From positions 960,001 to 1,024,000 of the forward strand of contig CBDBEV010000001.1 of the NCBI GenBank assembly GCA_965204535.1: a DNA stretch of 64,000 nt. The letters run 5' to 3'. Below are positions 38,410-48,858 of this stretch, in pieces. The notes under the pieces were generated by a model. That model was given only the letters and a program-made list of their open reading frames with translations, did no database searches and was not told the origin of the DNA. The stretch is from a bacterium (lineage in GTDB: Bacteria; UBA8248). The position numbers and the translations under genes were made by a program. Every line of letters begins with the position of its first letter. The first letter of the stretch is position 1.

Positions 38410-39465
38410 TCATTCCCCCTTCGGGGCGCCCGGCAATCCTTTCAGCCCAAAAGCGTCCCAAACTTCAAAAGCGCCCAGCATGCGGCTGGTCGAATGGCCC
38501 ACTTTAAGCGCAACTACAAACTTCCAGTTGAAATCCCATCCGTTTTTCCTCGTCAGCGCCCGCGCGGCATAAAACACATTCTCGCCGCGAACGAAGCGGT
38601 TCATCCCCTGCCGGACGGCTGCCGCCTTGCGACTGAGGAAGCGCGATCCGACATCTTCTGATCCGATGTAGATGGTCACTGGCAGGCTTAGATATCGCTT
38701 GAGCGAGGGAGTTGCTTTCTTCGGAAACCATCCGGGAAATCCGCCGAAGCCGTAGGGGATGGCCTCATCGAGCGATGGCCAGACGTGGCTTGATGGATTT
38801 GCGATGACGAACCTGCGGATGCCCTTTGGCGGCGCATAGGCGGCGACGCGGGAGAGAAACTGCGCTCCGGCGGAATGGCCAAACAAAAAGACGGGCATCG
38901 CTTCGCCGCCTTCCCGCGCAAGCGCCCATTTCACCAAGTCGGCCACAAGGGAAACCGTCCAGTCATCGGGCGACTGCGGAATCTGATGGCGGGCAATGCC
39001 GCCCCACTGATATTGCCAAGTTCTGAAGCGCTCACGATCAAAGCGCGGCGCAAAAACGATCATACAGACCCGGCTGGCAAAGGGCCGCGCCCAGTTGCGA
39101 TAGTCAACGGCATTTCGATTCATCCCGTGAAAGATGAAAAGCAAGCCTTGGGGCTTGCATCCTTCTGGCCGATGCGTGAAGACCGCCAGTCGAATCCCGC
39201 GCAGCGCGACCGTCGACTCGTCATCGCCGGGGAATGCCGGGTTTTGCGCTTTCTCATGCATTGTCATCGGGCTGCTGGGAATGCCTGCCGTATCCCCGCC
39301 GCAACCCCAGAAAGCGAATGCAAAAACGAGCATGGATGCGAATGCCTTCAGCCGTAGATTTTGCAATTTACTTCCCCCTGGTTTTCGTGCGCTTCGAATC
39401 GCTTCAGCTGCTCGCGCAGCAGCCGCTTCACGTCGTCGCGTTGGATGCTCGAAATATAATTGCAT
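38410..39465 (-). CDS. Alpha/beta hydrolase family protein (start uncertain, possibly secreted)
   Basis: FHGMNRNA.DY, GHSAGAQF, ANPS and VGH. Confidence 0.75.
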   Translation of the reverse strand: MQLYFEHPTRRREAAAARAAEAIRSARKPGGSKLQNLRLKAFASMLVFAFAFWGCGGDTAGIPSSPMTMHEKAQNPAFPGDDESTVALRGIRLAVFTHRPEGCKPQGLLFIFHGMNRNAVDYRNWARPFASRVCMIVFAPRFDRERFRTWQYQWGGIARHQIPQSPDDWTVSLVADLVKWALAREGGEAMPVFLFGHSAGAQFLSRVAAYAPPKGIRRFVIANPSSHVWPSLDEAIPYGFGGFPGWFPKKATPSLKRYLSLPVTIYIGSEDVGSRFLSRKAAAVRQGMNRFVRGENVFYAARALTRKNGWDFNWKFVVALKVGHSTSRMLGAFEVWDAFGLKGLPGAPKGE

Positions 39466-39545
39466 CGCCCTTCCTTGCCGAAGGTCGTCACGCTTATCAG
39501 GCGCTTGATGTTTCCCCGGGGAAGAGGGCGGTTCCAGCCCGTGTT

Positions 39546-39878
39546 TTATTTATCCCATTGAAAATCCGGGTTCGGCGGCGAGAACATATCGATGTACTCC
39601 GCTTCCTCAAGAACTTCCCCGCCGTGCGAGGTTCCCGCCGGAAAGATCATGACATCCCCTGCTTCTACGACTTTATAATCCTCGTCTCCCGAGTGGAACT
39701 TCAGCTTCCCGCGAATCATGTGCGTTATCTGGTCGAACTCGTGGGTGTGCGTTTTGATGGGGCTTCCGGTCTTTGCCGTGATCCGGCACGCCATCACGTT
39801 GTCCGTCTTGACGATTCTGCCCCGGATGATGTTGTTCAGTTGTCTTTCCTCGACGTCGTTCCAATGCAGTATGGCCAT
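39546..39878 (-). CDS. Cupin domain protein
   Basis: HTHEFDQ...G.L.F and GD...FPAG..HG. Confidence 0.85.
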   Translation of the reverse strand: MAILHWNDVEERQLNNIIRGRIVKTDNVMACRITAKTGSPIKTHTHEFDQITHMIRGKLKFHSGDEDYKVVEAGDVMIFPAGTSHGGEVLEEAEYIDMFSPPNPDFQWDK

Positions 39879-39908
39879 GGGCGCATCCTTATATGAAAGA
39901 TTGTGGTT

Positions 39909-40669
39909 TCATGGGCGAAACAAGTCTTCTTCTTTCGTGCGGTATAGCGTGCGCGCGGGGGTGTCTCCCGCATGATACTTGAGGCCGCGAATCAGGACGG
40001 CGGGAACGCCCTGCTTGTCCTGTCCCATCACTAGGCTCGCCGCCGCCGCGATTTCATCCGCATGGGCGAGGATGGTGATCTCGAGCGCGCGGCCGCTGCG
40101 GTCTTTCTCTCCGCGCAGGTCCACCAGGGGCTCCAGGCCGGCGCACCCTATCGCCACGCCGACGACGCCCCGCCGGAATGCGCGCCCCTGGGTGTCGGCG
40201 ATAAGGACGGGAACGAAGGCGTTCGCCGCGCTCTGGATTTCTTCATGAAGTTTCCGGGCGGAAGCGTCGGCGTCGCGGGGCAATAGCAGCACGTGGTCTT
40301 CATCCCCACCGACGTTTGAGCGATCGATACCTGCGTGAGCGCACACCGCACCCGTGCGGTGCTCCACGATGAGCGCGCGCTCAGACGCAACGACGATCTC
40401 GTTCGACTCCCTGAGCACCGCCTCCACGAGCCTCGGGTCGCGCCCGTCGCGGTTCGCGATATCAAGCGCTTCGGGGGATGGCTCGACGCTATTCAAATCC
40501 AGAACCCTGCCCTCGGCCTTGCTGACGATTTTTTGCGCGAGGACGAGGACGTCCCGATCCCGGATCTTCATGCCGCCTGCCTCAAGCGCTTCCAGAATCA
40601 GGGGCGCGAGGGCGTCGCCCTCCTTGATTTCCGGCAACCCGGTGACGGGGATGATTTCGACGTTGTTCA
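39909..40669 (-). CDS. cofE: Coenzyme F420-0:gamma-glutamyl ligase
   Basis: GLPEIKEGD.L, KIVSKAEG, CAHAGIDRSN, DTQGRAFRRG, ADEIAAAASLVMG and DLFR. Start approximate. Confidence 0.92.
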
Positions 40670-41338
40670 TCTCATGGGAGCGGAGGCGAGCCACGCGGGT
40701 GCTTCTTTTTCGCGGGAGAGCAGGAATTCGAGGTCCTCGGGCGAGTCGATATCGTGCGCGAATCCGAACGATTCACAGGATTGCGCCTCGCAGCCGTATT
40801 TCCTCGCTGCGGCGCGGTGCTTCTCGTAGCTCCGCTCGCCGAACGAGAAGGGAATCGCGTCAATCGGCCGGGTGAACAGCCCGGTCGTGCCCCCATCCTT
40901 CGAGCGGGCGATGCGCACCTCGCGCCCGGAATTTTTTGATGATTCGAGTCCCTGGAGAAGCTCATTCACTTCTTCCGTCGTCAAAAACGGCAAATCCCCG
41001 TGGACGATCAACAAGGAACGGGCGTTTCTCCCTCTCGCCCAGGAGCGGCCGATTTCCAGATCGTGGTTCAGGCCGCCTGATTCATGGAGCAAACCGACCG
41101 CGCCGTATTCACAGGCCAACGTCAGGACTTCCGCGGAATCGCTCAGCACCGCGATTTCATCGACGCGCTCCGCGGCCCCGACGACCTTCAGGACGCGTTC
41201 GAGCATCCAGCGGCCCAATTCGTTTCTGGCGTTCTCGTCCAGTGTCTGCGCGAGCCTCGATTTTCCGGTTCTGAAATCGCGAACCGGTATCAGGGCGACG
41301 CAATGGCTCGAAAGACTCATCATCCTTCCCAGGGTCAT
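40667..41338 (-). CDS. cofC: 2-phospho-L-lactate/PEP guanylyltransferase
   Basis: IPVR....GKSRLA, GLN, GDLP, DGGT, FG..S..KH and DID.PEDL. Confidence 0.88.
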   Translation of the reverse strand: MTLGRMMSLSSHCVALIPVRDFRTGKSRLAQTLDENARNELGRWMLERVLKVVGAAERVDEIAVLSDSAEVLTLACEYGAVGLLHESGGLNHDLEIGRSWARGRNARSLLIVHGDLPFLTTEEVNELLQGLESSKNSGREVRIARSKDGGTTGLFTRPIDAIPFSFGERSYEKHRAAARKYGCEAQSCESFGFAHDIDSPEDLEFLLSREKEAPAWLASAPMR

Positions 41339-41374
41339 GAAGAGATAAATTGTTTTGAGTATACCTGAAACTTC

Positions 41375-42331
41375 TTATGCCATCTTTCGCACCGATGAGG
41401 CGAACGCCAAAACGCCCTGCGCCAGTTTTTTCTTGGAATCAACGTCGGACATGATGCTGGGCAGCGCGATGCTCCGAAGCCCCATCTCTTCGATGGATGA
41501 AACCAGCGCCTCATCCTCGATATCCACGACGAACCCGTCGAGCACGTCTTCGAGAATCCGGGCGACGCCCAGAGCCGAGACCTCATGCCCCAGGCTTTTC
41601 AGCATCTCGGCGGCGGGTCCTCTCAAGGCCGCGCCCCCGACGATGGGGCTCACCCCCACGCGCGGCGCGGTCGCACTGCGCAGCCTCTCATGGATATCCG
41701 AGATCGCGAGAATGGGCCCGATGCTCACAATCGGATTCGACGGACAGAAAACGACCGCGCTCGCCTCATCGAAGGCGCGCATGACCTCGGGCGTGGCGCG
41801 CGCCTCATCCGCTCCCTGAAAGCGCACCCCGCACACGCTCGGCCTCGTTCCCCTGGCCACGAAGTAATCCTGAAACTCGAGTTCGCCCTCGGGCGTCTTC
41901 ACGCGCGTGGCGATGGAAGAATCCGTCATGGGCAGTATGTTCGCCTTGACGCCCAGGGAGGCGGCGAGTTCGCGCGTCACTTCTGTTAAGCGCGCGCCCT
42001 CGGCCAGGCGCTGGGTCCGGCGAATGTGGGTCGCAAGGTCCTGATCACCCAGCCGAAACCAGGTCGGCCCCCCGTAGCGCCCCAACAGATCGAGCGCGCT
42101 CGTCCCGTCGCCGTCGATGCCCCAGCCCGTCTCGGGGTTGGACATGCCCGCGAGGTTGTACATCACCGTGTCGATGTCCGGGCTGATGTGCAGGCCGTGG
42201 AGCACCAGGTCGTCCGCCGTGTTCACGACGACGGTGAGCGCCCCCTCGGGGAGCGCGTGGGCGAGGCCGACGGCGAGCTTGGCGCCGCCCACTCCGCCTG
42301 CGAGCGCAACGACCGGTCCGGAGAAACTCAT
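41375..42331 (-). CDS. cofD: 2-phospho-L-lactate transferase
   Basis: LAGGVGGAKL, NTADD...HGLHISPDIDTV.Y, WF.LGD.DLATH, FQDYFV and PSNPIVSIGPIL. Confidence 0.95.
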   Translation of the reverse strand: MSFSGPVVALAGGVGGAKLAVGLAHALPEGALTVVVNTADDLVLHGLHISPDIDTVMYNLAGMSNPETGWGIDGDGTSALDLLGRYGGPTWFRLGDQDLATHIRRTQRLAEGARLTEVTRELAASLGVKANILPMTDSSIATRVKTPEGELEFQDYFVARGTRPSVCGVRFQGADEARATPEVMRAFDEASAVVFCPSNPIVSIGPILAISDIHERLRSATAPRVGVSPIVGGAALRGPAAEMLKSLGHEVSALGVARILEDVLDGFVVDIEDEALVSSIEEMGLRSIALPSIMSDVDSKKKLAQGVLAFASSVRKMA

Positions 42332-42963
42332 CGGACGATCAGCACCGGCTCGGGCGTTTCTTTGGGAGGGGGCTGCTTGGAGGGGTAGCCCGCCACGATG
42401 AGGGCCCTGGGAACCCAGTCTTCGGGCAGGTCCAGTGCCTTACGGGCCGTTTCGGGACAGAACAGGGGAGCGCAGCGCCACACGGAGCCGACCTCTTGTG
42501 CCGCCAGGGCCATCATCAGGTTCTGAAGAGCGCCGCCCAGGCTGTGTTCAGCCATCATGTATTCATTGGCCTGTTTGTCGGGTTCTTCGTAATCGTCTAA
42601 ATCCGCGAAGGAGAGCGACGCCATGATGAGGGCGGGCGCGCCGGTGAGCAGACGGATGCTCCCTTGGTGGCGGCGTCGGCGCTCTTCTTCGGGAACGCCC
42701 TCCGCTGTCATGTCGCGCAGAAAGTCTTTGCCCATCTCGGCGGCGAGAGTTTCCTTCGCCTCTTGGGAATCGAGGATGCAAAACCGCCAGGGGCTCGTCC
42801 CGTGCGGGCTGGGGGCCAGACACGCGGCGGAGAGGGCGGTTTTCAGTATCTCCATCGGGACGGGTTCTGTCGTGAAATGCCGGATGGAGCGCCTTTTGCG
42901 CAGCGCCTCATCGAGCGGTATGGAGAGCGCCGATTTTTTGTTTTTGATAGAGGGAGTATCCAA
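42328..42963 (-). CDS. Stand-alone nitroreductase, FbiB C-terminal / FbiE-like dehydro-F420 reductase
   Basis: RRSIRHF, APSPHG..PWRF, GGALQNL and W.CAPLFCP; located in the cof cluster. Confidence 0.8.
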   Translation of the reverse strand: MDTPSIKNKKSALSIPLDEALRKRRSIRHFTTEPVPMEILKTALSAACLAPSPHGTSPWRFCILDSQEAKETLAAEMGKDFLRDMTAEGVPEEERRRRHQGSIRLLTGAPALIMASLSFADLDDYEEPDKQANEYMMAEHSLGGALQNLMMALAAQEVGSVWRCAPLFCPETARKALDLPEDWVPRALIVAGYPSKQPPPKETPEPVLIVR

Positions 42964-42964
42964 C

Positions 42965-44407
42965 TTATGACTCTTGAGGCTCCCAGCCCGGCGGCGCGCC
43001 GCCCTGGGCCGGGCTCGGGGGCGGTGGAAGTTTGCGCTTCTCCCCGGGGGGCGGGTCTCCCGGGTCGTCCGGAATCGGCTGGCCCGCGAGGAAGCCGCGC
43101 ACGCCCTCTGGGCGCGCCTCATCCCCATAAGCCGTGTCGAGGCATTCTTCCAGTTCCTCGGGCGTCTTGGGGCTGTCGACCATTCTTTGCGCGGCGAAGC
43201 CGGCGCCGTCGAACGGGTCGTACTGGGGGAGGCCCTCCGGCGTGCCGCTCCTGGCTCCCATCGTCGGCACGCGGTTGCGCTGTCTTCTCGCCAGGATGTG
43301 CAGGATGTTCCAGGCCCGCCGGTTCTCCTGTATCGGCTGAATCTCCACGAGGCCCTCTTTTTCGAATTCGCTCCAGATCTCCTTGCCCTTCTCGGTGCGC
43401 AGGACCACGATGGTCCAGCCCCGCGTGCCCACGCCGCCGCAGGCGATGTCCGCGAGTTCGGCGGAGAAATCCGCGCAGTGCTGGCACTCGGGGCGCTGGT
43501 AGTTCTCCATCGCCTCCTGGAGCGAGAAGGTGACGAGTTCCCCGTCTTTCTTGTGAACGAGCACCTCGCCCTTCACGTTGAACTTCGCCACGTCCGTGAG
43601 AGGGATGCCGAGGTCCTTTTCGATTTTCTCCGTCATGAGGTCGAAGGTGAACACTTCCGTGCAGAACAGCCCGATCTGGAACGCCACGCGCTCCGAGAAG
43701 CCTCTCAGGAAGCCGCGCTGTTTCTCGATGTGCTGGGGCCTTTTCTTGTGCGAGACCAGAAAGGAGGGGTCGATGAGTTCCATCTTGCGAAGCGGCGTGA
43801 TCTGGCAGGGGACGCCCACGAAGCCCACTTTTTTCAAATCTCTTTCTTTCACTTCCTCGAGGGCGAGGTTGTTCGCGCAGTAGGTGTACCAACTGCCCGC
43901 GCTCGCGCGGATCTCCTCGTACGTCGTGGCGACCTTGGGACTCGGGTCGCACGGCGGGTCGTCCTCCCCGACGGCGGAGACCACCGCCCCGTCGATGACG
44001 CCGGCTTCGAGCGCCCATGCGAGCAGCGCCGTGACGATACCACCGTCCTGGGCGCGCTCCATCACGTCGTCGCGCTTGGTCCTCGCCATGAAGATGTGCT
44101 GGTATGGGCCGAAGATGCCCTCGTACGTCTCGCTTCTCGTCTCACCGAAGGTGGCGTCTTTCAGGTGGTTCTCCCTCGGCCAGAGCCTCGGGCACACTGA
44201 TGCGCACACGTCGCAGCCCACCCCCACGCTGATGCCGCAGAAATCGAAATCGGCCTTCGCCTTGGCCGTCTGCTTGGGTTTGGCGTCGATGTATTCGATG
44301 ACGTTGTGCGGGCAGACGAGGACGCAGCTTCCGCACTCGCAGCAACTGCCCGCGTCCACCACGTCGTTCATCATGTCTTTGAAAGAGTGATGGTGAAGTT
44401 CGTTCAA
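42965..44407 (-). CDS. FrhB/FpoF-like F420-binding flavoprotein with N-terminal ferredoxin domain
   Basis: CCECGSCVLVCP / CD.CASVCP, QDGGIVTALL, GVPCQI..LRK, IGLFC.E.F and C.HC.DF.AELADI..GG.G. Confidence 0.85.
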   Translation of the reverse strand: MNELHHHSFKDMMNDVVDAGSCCECGSCVLVCPHNVIEYIDAKPKQTAKAKADFDFCGISVGVGCDVCASVCPRLWPRENHLKDATFGETRSETYEGIFGPYQHIFMARTKRDDVMERAQDGGIVTALLAWALEAGVIDGAVVSAVGEDDPPCDPSPKVATTYEEIRASAGSWYTYCANNLALEEVKERDLKKVGFVGVPCQITPLRKMELIDPSFLVSHKKRPQHIEKQRGFLRGFSERVAFQIGLFCTEVFTFDLMTEKIEKDLGIPLTDVAKFNVKGEVLVHKKDGELVTFSLQEAMENYQRPECQHCADFSAELADIACGGVGTRGWTIVVLRTEKGKEIWSEFEKEGLVEIQPIQENRRAWNILHILARRQRNRVPTMGARSGTPEGLPQYDPFDGAGFAAQRMVDSPKTPEELEECLDTAYGDEARPEGVRGFLAGQPIPDDPGDPPPGEKRKLPPPPSPAQGGAPPGWEPQES

Positions 44408-44426
44408 GGATTTTCTCTCCGGCCTG

Positions 44427-45680
44427 TTAGCGGGGGCGCGCAGGATTCGAGACGCCCAGGTGGGTTTCCGGGATGAAGTCGCCGGCCTTTTGCCCGCCGG
44501 AGAAGCCGGCGCCGAGAAGCGCCTCGTCATCTGCGCGCGGGTGGCGGTATCTCGGGTCGTCTTCGCGGATGATGTCGTAGGTGGTCGTGCGCTGAACGGG
44601 CGTGCGCCCCGCCCCCAGGATGGCGTCGTTGAATTGTCTGGGGCTCAGGCTTTGCCCGTATTCGGAACCCGACTCGCGCGAGATGTTCTCCTCGATCAGC
44701 GTTCCGCCCAGGTCGTTCACCCCGAGGGAGAGCGCCTTCTGCGCGGCGTCGATGCCGATCTTGGGCCACGCCACTTGGATGTTGGCGATGGTCCCCCGGA
44801 AGAACAGCCGTGCGACGGCGTGGAGCCTGAAGATGGTTTCCAGGTCCGCCATCTCCTCGATGCCGAACTCCTCGCCCATCTTGTTGTCGTAGGGGATGAA
44901 GGGCAGGGGAACGAACTCCGTGAACCGGCCCTCTCCGTCCGTCTGGAGCGAGTCTTTTTGCATTTTTCTCAAGATTTCCATGTGCTCGGCCAGATCGGCG
45001 CTGCTCTCGATGTGGCCGTACATGACCGTGGAAGTCGTCGGGATGCCCACGGCGTGGGCGGTCCGGATGATCTCGCACCACCTCTCGACGGGGATTCTTC
45101 CGGGGCTGATGAGTTTCTTCACCCTCTCCACGAGAATCTCGGCGGCCGTTCCGGGGACGGAGCCGAGACCGGCTTCCTTGAGCCGGGTGAGCACCACTTC
45201 GAGGGGCAGCCTGGTTTTCCGCTGGATGTGGTCGACCTCCGCGGGCGAATAGGCGTGCATGTGGACGCCGGGGATGACTTCGCGCGCGAGCCTGAGCACT
45301 TCCTCGTAGCGGTCGATCGATATCTGGGGGTTCAGCCCCCCCTGCATGCAGATTTCGCGCACGCCGAAGTCCCTGGCGCGTTCGAATTTCTCGCGCAGCA
45401 CGTCATCGTCGTGCGTGTAGGCGTCAGGCGCGTTCGGCCGCCGCCAGAAGCCGCAGTATTTACAGTCCGTGTAGCATACGTTCGTGAAGTTCACGTTCGC
45501 GTTGATGACGTAGCTCACCTCGTCGCCGACGGTCTTCTTCCTCTCCGCGTCCGCCGTCGCGTAAAGACGCTCGGTCAGTCCCTCATCCCGCTCGGCGAGC
45601 AGGGCGGTCGCGCCCTCGCGCGAGATTTCCTCTCCCGTCTCGAAGGCGTCTAAAATTTCATGGGCGAAAAGGGTGTTCAT
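44427..45680 (-). CDS. cofH: FO synthase subunit CofH (radical SAM)
   Basis: N.NFTNVC..DC.YC.F, EICMQGG, PGTAAEIL, T.MYGH.E, EFVPLPF, NIQ..W.K.G and NDLGGTL.EENISR. Confidence 0.92.
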   Translation of the reverse strand: MNTLFAHEILDAFETGEEISREGATALLAERDEGLTERLYATADAERKKTVGDEVSYVINANVNFTNVCYTDCKYCGFWRRPNAPDAYTHDDDVLREKFERARDFGVREICMQGGLNPQISIDRYEEVLRLAREVIPGVHMHAYSPAEVDHIQRKTRLPLEVVLTRLKEAGLGSVPGTAAEILVERVKKLISPGRIPVERWCEIIRTAHAVGIPTTSTVMYGHIESSADLAEHMEILRKMQKDSLQTDGEGRFTEFVPLPFIPYDNKMGEEFGIEEMADLETIFRLHAVARLFFRGTIANIQVAWPKIGIDAAQKALSLGVNDLGGTLIEENISRESGSEYGQSLSPRQFNDAILGAGRTPVQRTTTYDIIREDDPRYRHPRADDEALLGAGFSGGQKAGDFIPETHLGVSNPARPR

Positions 45681-46705
45681 GCGATCTCCACGGGCAGGGC
45701 TTCCTGCGCCTCGCGCCGCTCCAGCATCCGGCGGAGCGCGGGCATGGTTTCGGGCGGGCACCAGCCCGCCTCGATGAATTCGTCATACACCGGCATCCGC
45801 AGGCGCAGCGCGATGTCTTCCTGATGAAGGGACTGGTCGAGATTCCCCAGTTTGGGCCAGCCGCGATTCGGGTTGATGTGATCCGGTTCCGGCGCAATGC
45901 CGCCGATGTCGTCCGCCCCCGCCATGATAAGGCCGAGCAGATCGTCCACCAGGTTCGGCGGAACCTGGATGTGCACGCCCGGCATGAGCCTTTGCACCTC
46001 CGGGATAAGCGCCGCGATATCCTCATCCGGCGGACGGGTCCACTTGGCCATGGGGGTCATGGGCTGGGGGTTCAGGGGCTGCAGAATGATTTCCTGGATG
46101 TGTCCGTAGCGGCTGTGCACGTCGGCGATGGCTTCTAAAGTATCGACGCGCTCTTTGGGCGATTCGCCGATGCCGACGAGAATTCCCGTCGTGAACGCGA
46201 TCCCGAGCTTGCCCGCCGCCTCAAGCGAAGCGAGCCGGACTTCGGGCGTTTTCGTCGGCGCCGCCCGGTGGGCGATACGCGTGGCTTCTGCGCTGACGGT
46301 CTCCATCATCATGCCCATCGAGACGTTGTAGGGCTTCAGAATCTCGTATTCCCACTCCTCCAGCGTACCGATGTTGGCGTGGGGCAGCAGGCCGATTTCC
46401 AGACACATTCTGCACACCTCGGCGGTATAGGCAGCGTAGGAATCATATCCCCATTCCTTCAACTGATTCTTGAGGCCCTTGTGCCGGTCGATTCCCTCGC
46501 CCGTCATGACGAGCGCCTCGACCACGCCCTGCTCGAATGCCTGCCGCGCGAGGCGCTCGCACTCCTCCATGGAAAGCAGGAGCGGAACGCTGCTGCGGAA
46601 GCTGCAATAGCCGCAGTGGTTCACGCACCAGTTCGTGATGGGCAGGGTGAAGTTGAATGAATACGTGACCGTTCTCAGGACGTTTCTCCGTTTTAATCGA
46701 GTCAA
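45677..46705 (-). CDS. cofG: FO synthase subunit CofG (radical SAM)
   Basis: VTYS....LP.T..C...CGYC.F, GLLPH.N.G, SMG.M.E, FTTGILVGIGE, GHIQE.I.Q, QVPPNL and DHINP...WP. Confidence 0.92.
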   Translation of the reverse strand: MTRLKRRNVLRTVTYSFNFTLPITNWCVNHCGYCSFRSSVPLLLSMEECERLARQAFEQGVVEALVMTGEGIDRHKGLKNQLKEWGYDSYAAYTAEVCRMCLEIGLLPHANIGTLEEWEYEILKPYNVSMGMMMETVSAEATRIAHRAAPTKTPEVRLASLEAAGKLGIAFTTGILVGIGESPKERVDTLEAIADVHSRYGHIQEIILQPLNPQPMTPMAKWTRPPDEDIAALIPEVQRLMPGVHIQVPPNLVDDLLGLIMAGADDIGGIAPEPDHINPNRGWPKLGNLDQSLHQEDIALRLRMPVYDEFIEAGWCPPETMPALRRMLERREAQEALPVEIA

Positions 46706-46772
46706 GTCCGCGATGACCCCCGCATCCTATCGGCGAGCGCCGCGTCTGACAAGGCTTGACTCCCCATGAACG

Positions 46773-47963
46773 CTAGGCGACGCCCTTTTCTTTCAGCGCG
46801 GCGATTTCCTCGCCCGACTTGCCGAGCAGGCCGGAGAGAACTTCTTCGGTGTGCTCGCCCAGCAGGGGAGGGGGCAGGCGGAGTTCGCCGGGCGTGTCCG
46901 AGAGCTTCATGGGGTTTCCCATCACCTTCAGGACGCCGGTCCTCGCGTGCTCCATCTCGACCACCATCTCGCGGTGATGGATCTGCGGGTCCGCGCACAA
47001 CTCCTCGATCGTTCGCACCGGCCCGCAGGGCACGCCCGCATCCGATACGATTTCGGCCCACTCCGTTCGGGTTCTGGCCCGCATGGTCTCCTCGATTTCG
47101 GCTTCCAGTTCATCGCGCCCCGAGACGCGCGCCGCGTTCGTATCCCATTTGGGGTCGTCCGCCAGATCGGCCCTGCCGATGGCGCGGGCGAAGCGCTGCC
47201 ACAAGGAGTCGTTGGCCGCCGCGACGATGAGTTCCCCGTCCGAGCAGGGAAAATCGCGGTACGGCGCGATGCTCGGGTGGCGGTTCCCCAACCGTCCGGG
47301 CGGTGTGCCCGTGGCGAAGAAGTTCCCCGCGGCGTGGCTCATCAGCGCGGCCTGTCCGTCCTGGATGGCCGTGTCGACGTATTGGCCCTCCCCCGTCCTC
47401 TCGCGGGCGATGATGGCCAGCAGGATCCCCTGGGTCGCGAACATGGCGGTGGTGAGGTCCGCGATGGCGATGCCCGTCTTGAAGCCTCCGCCTCCCTCTG
47501 CGCCCGTGATGCTCATGAGTCCGCCTTCGCCCTGTAAGAGGATGTCGTAGGCGGGTCTCTCCTTGGAGGGGCCGCTCTGGCCGTAGCCCGAGACGCTGGC
47601 GTAGATGAGCCGGGGGTTGAGCGCGTGGCAGGTATCCCAGTCGAAGCCGAGCCGTTCGATGGCGCCGGGCCGGAAGTTCTGGATGAGGATGTCCGATTTC
47701 TCGACGAGCCCCTTTAAGATCGATTTTCCTTCTTCGGCTTTGAGGTTGAGGGTGAGGCTTTTCTTGTTGCGGTTCACGGACTGGAAATAACTGCTCTCGC
47801 CTCCGTCATAAAAAGGCGGCCAGCCGCGCGTGTCGTCTCCACCGACGGGGTTTTCGACCTTGATGACCTCGGCCCCCATGTCGCCGAGCATCATCGTGCA
47901 GAACGGCCCCGCCAGAATTCTGGAAAGATCGAGGACGCGAATCCCCTCAAGCGGCATACTCAT
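46773..47963 (-). CDS. CaiB/BaiF family CoA transferase
   Basis: PLEGIRVLDLSRILAGPF, NRNKKS, NFRPG, SGYGQ.GP and PPLLGEHT. Confidence 0.95.
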   Translation of the reverse strand: MSMPLEGIRVLDLSRILAGPFCTMMLGDMGAEVIKVENPVGGDDTRGWPPFYDGGESSYFQSVNRNKKSLTLNLKAEEGKSILKGLVEKSDILIQNFRPGAIERLGFDWDTCHALNPRLIYASVSGYGQSGPSKERPAYDILLQGEGGLMSITGAEGGGGFKTGIAIADLTTAMFATQGILLAIIARERTGEGQYVDTAIQDGQAALMSHAAGNFFATGTPPGRLGNRHPSIAPYRDFPCSDGELIVAAANDSLWQRFARAIGRADLADDPKWDTNAARVSGRDELEAEIEETMRARTRTEWAEIVSDAGVPCGPVRTIEELCADPQIHHREMVVEMEHARTGVLKVMGNPMKLSDTPGELRLPPPLLGEHTEEVLSGLLGKSGEEIAALKEKGVA

Positions 47964-47994
47964 GGAATCTCTCAGGCTCCTTATTCAGTGAGTG

Positions 47995-48858
47995 TTATCG
48001 GTTCCCAAGCGCTTCGAGCATCTTCTCGCGCACGTGCTCGACCGGCATCTGCGTGCCGGTCCAAAGCTCCCAGCCCAGGGCACCCTGATGCAAGAGCCAG
48101 CCGACCCCCGAGACGGCGCGCGCGCCTCTCCGGCGGGCGGCTATCAGGAACGGGGTGTCGAGCGGGTTGTAGACCGCATCGGCGCAGATGCTCTCAGGCG
48201 GTATGAATTCCTCGGGCAGGGGGCAGGCCGCCTCTCGCTCCTTATCGCCGCTCATCCCCAGGCTCGTCGTGTTGACGATAATATCCCGCCCCCGGGCGGC
48301 GGATTCAAGCTCCTCCAGGCCGCCTCCGTGTATTTCGACGCCCGGAAAGTGGGATTTCACCTCATCCGCCAGCGATGCGGCTTTCTCCGCCGTGCGGTTT
48401 CTGATCTCGACGTGCGCGGCGCCTGTTTGCGCGAGCTTGATGGCGATGGCCCGCGCAGCCCCGCCCGCCCCTAAAAGCAGGCACCTTTTTCCTTCAGGCG
48501 AAACCCCCGTTTCCTCTTCCAGGGAGCGGAGCCAGCCCGCGCCGTCGGTGTTGTGGCCCTTGAGTTTGCCGCCCTCCTCGAACGTCACCATGTTCACCGC
48601 GCCCATGAGCCTCGCGTCCTCGCTCAACTCGTCCACCAGACGGAAGGTGGCCACCTTGTGGGGGATGGTGACGCAAAAGCCCGCGAAACCCATCGCCCCT
48701 GCCCCGCGCACCGCTTCCTCGTAGCGATCCGGATGCACCTCGTAGGCTGTGAAGCGGTAGGGCAAATCAAGCGCCTGCGCCGCCGCGTTGTGCATGACGG
48801 GCGAGAGCGTGTGCCCCAGCGGATAGCCGAATATGGCGAGCGTCTTATCGAGCGGCAT
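47995..48858 (-). CDS. aroE: Shikimate dehydrogenase
   Basis: G.PL.HTLSP.MHN, VTIPHK, GAVN, GHNTDG.G, LGAGGAARA and NRT. Confidence 0.9.
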   Translation of the reverse strand: MPLDKTLAIFGYPLGHTLSPVMHNAAAQALDLPYRFTAYEVHPDRYEEAVRGAGAMGFAGFCVTIPHKVATFRLVDELSEDARLMGAVNMVTFEEGGKLKGHNTDGAGWLRSLEEETGVSPEGKRCLLLGAGGAARAIAIKLAQTGAAHVEIRNRTAEKAASLADEVKSHFPGVEIHGGGLEELESAARGRDIIVNTTSLGMSGDKEREAACPLPEEFIPPESICADAVYNPLDTPFLIAARRRGARAVSGVGWLLHQGALGWELWTGTQMPVEHVREKMLEALGNR

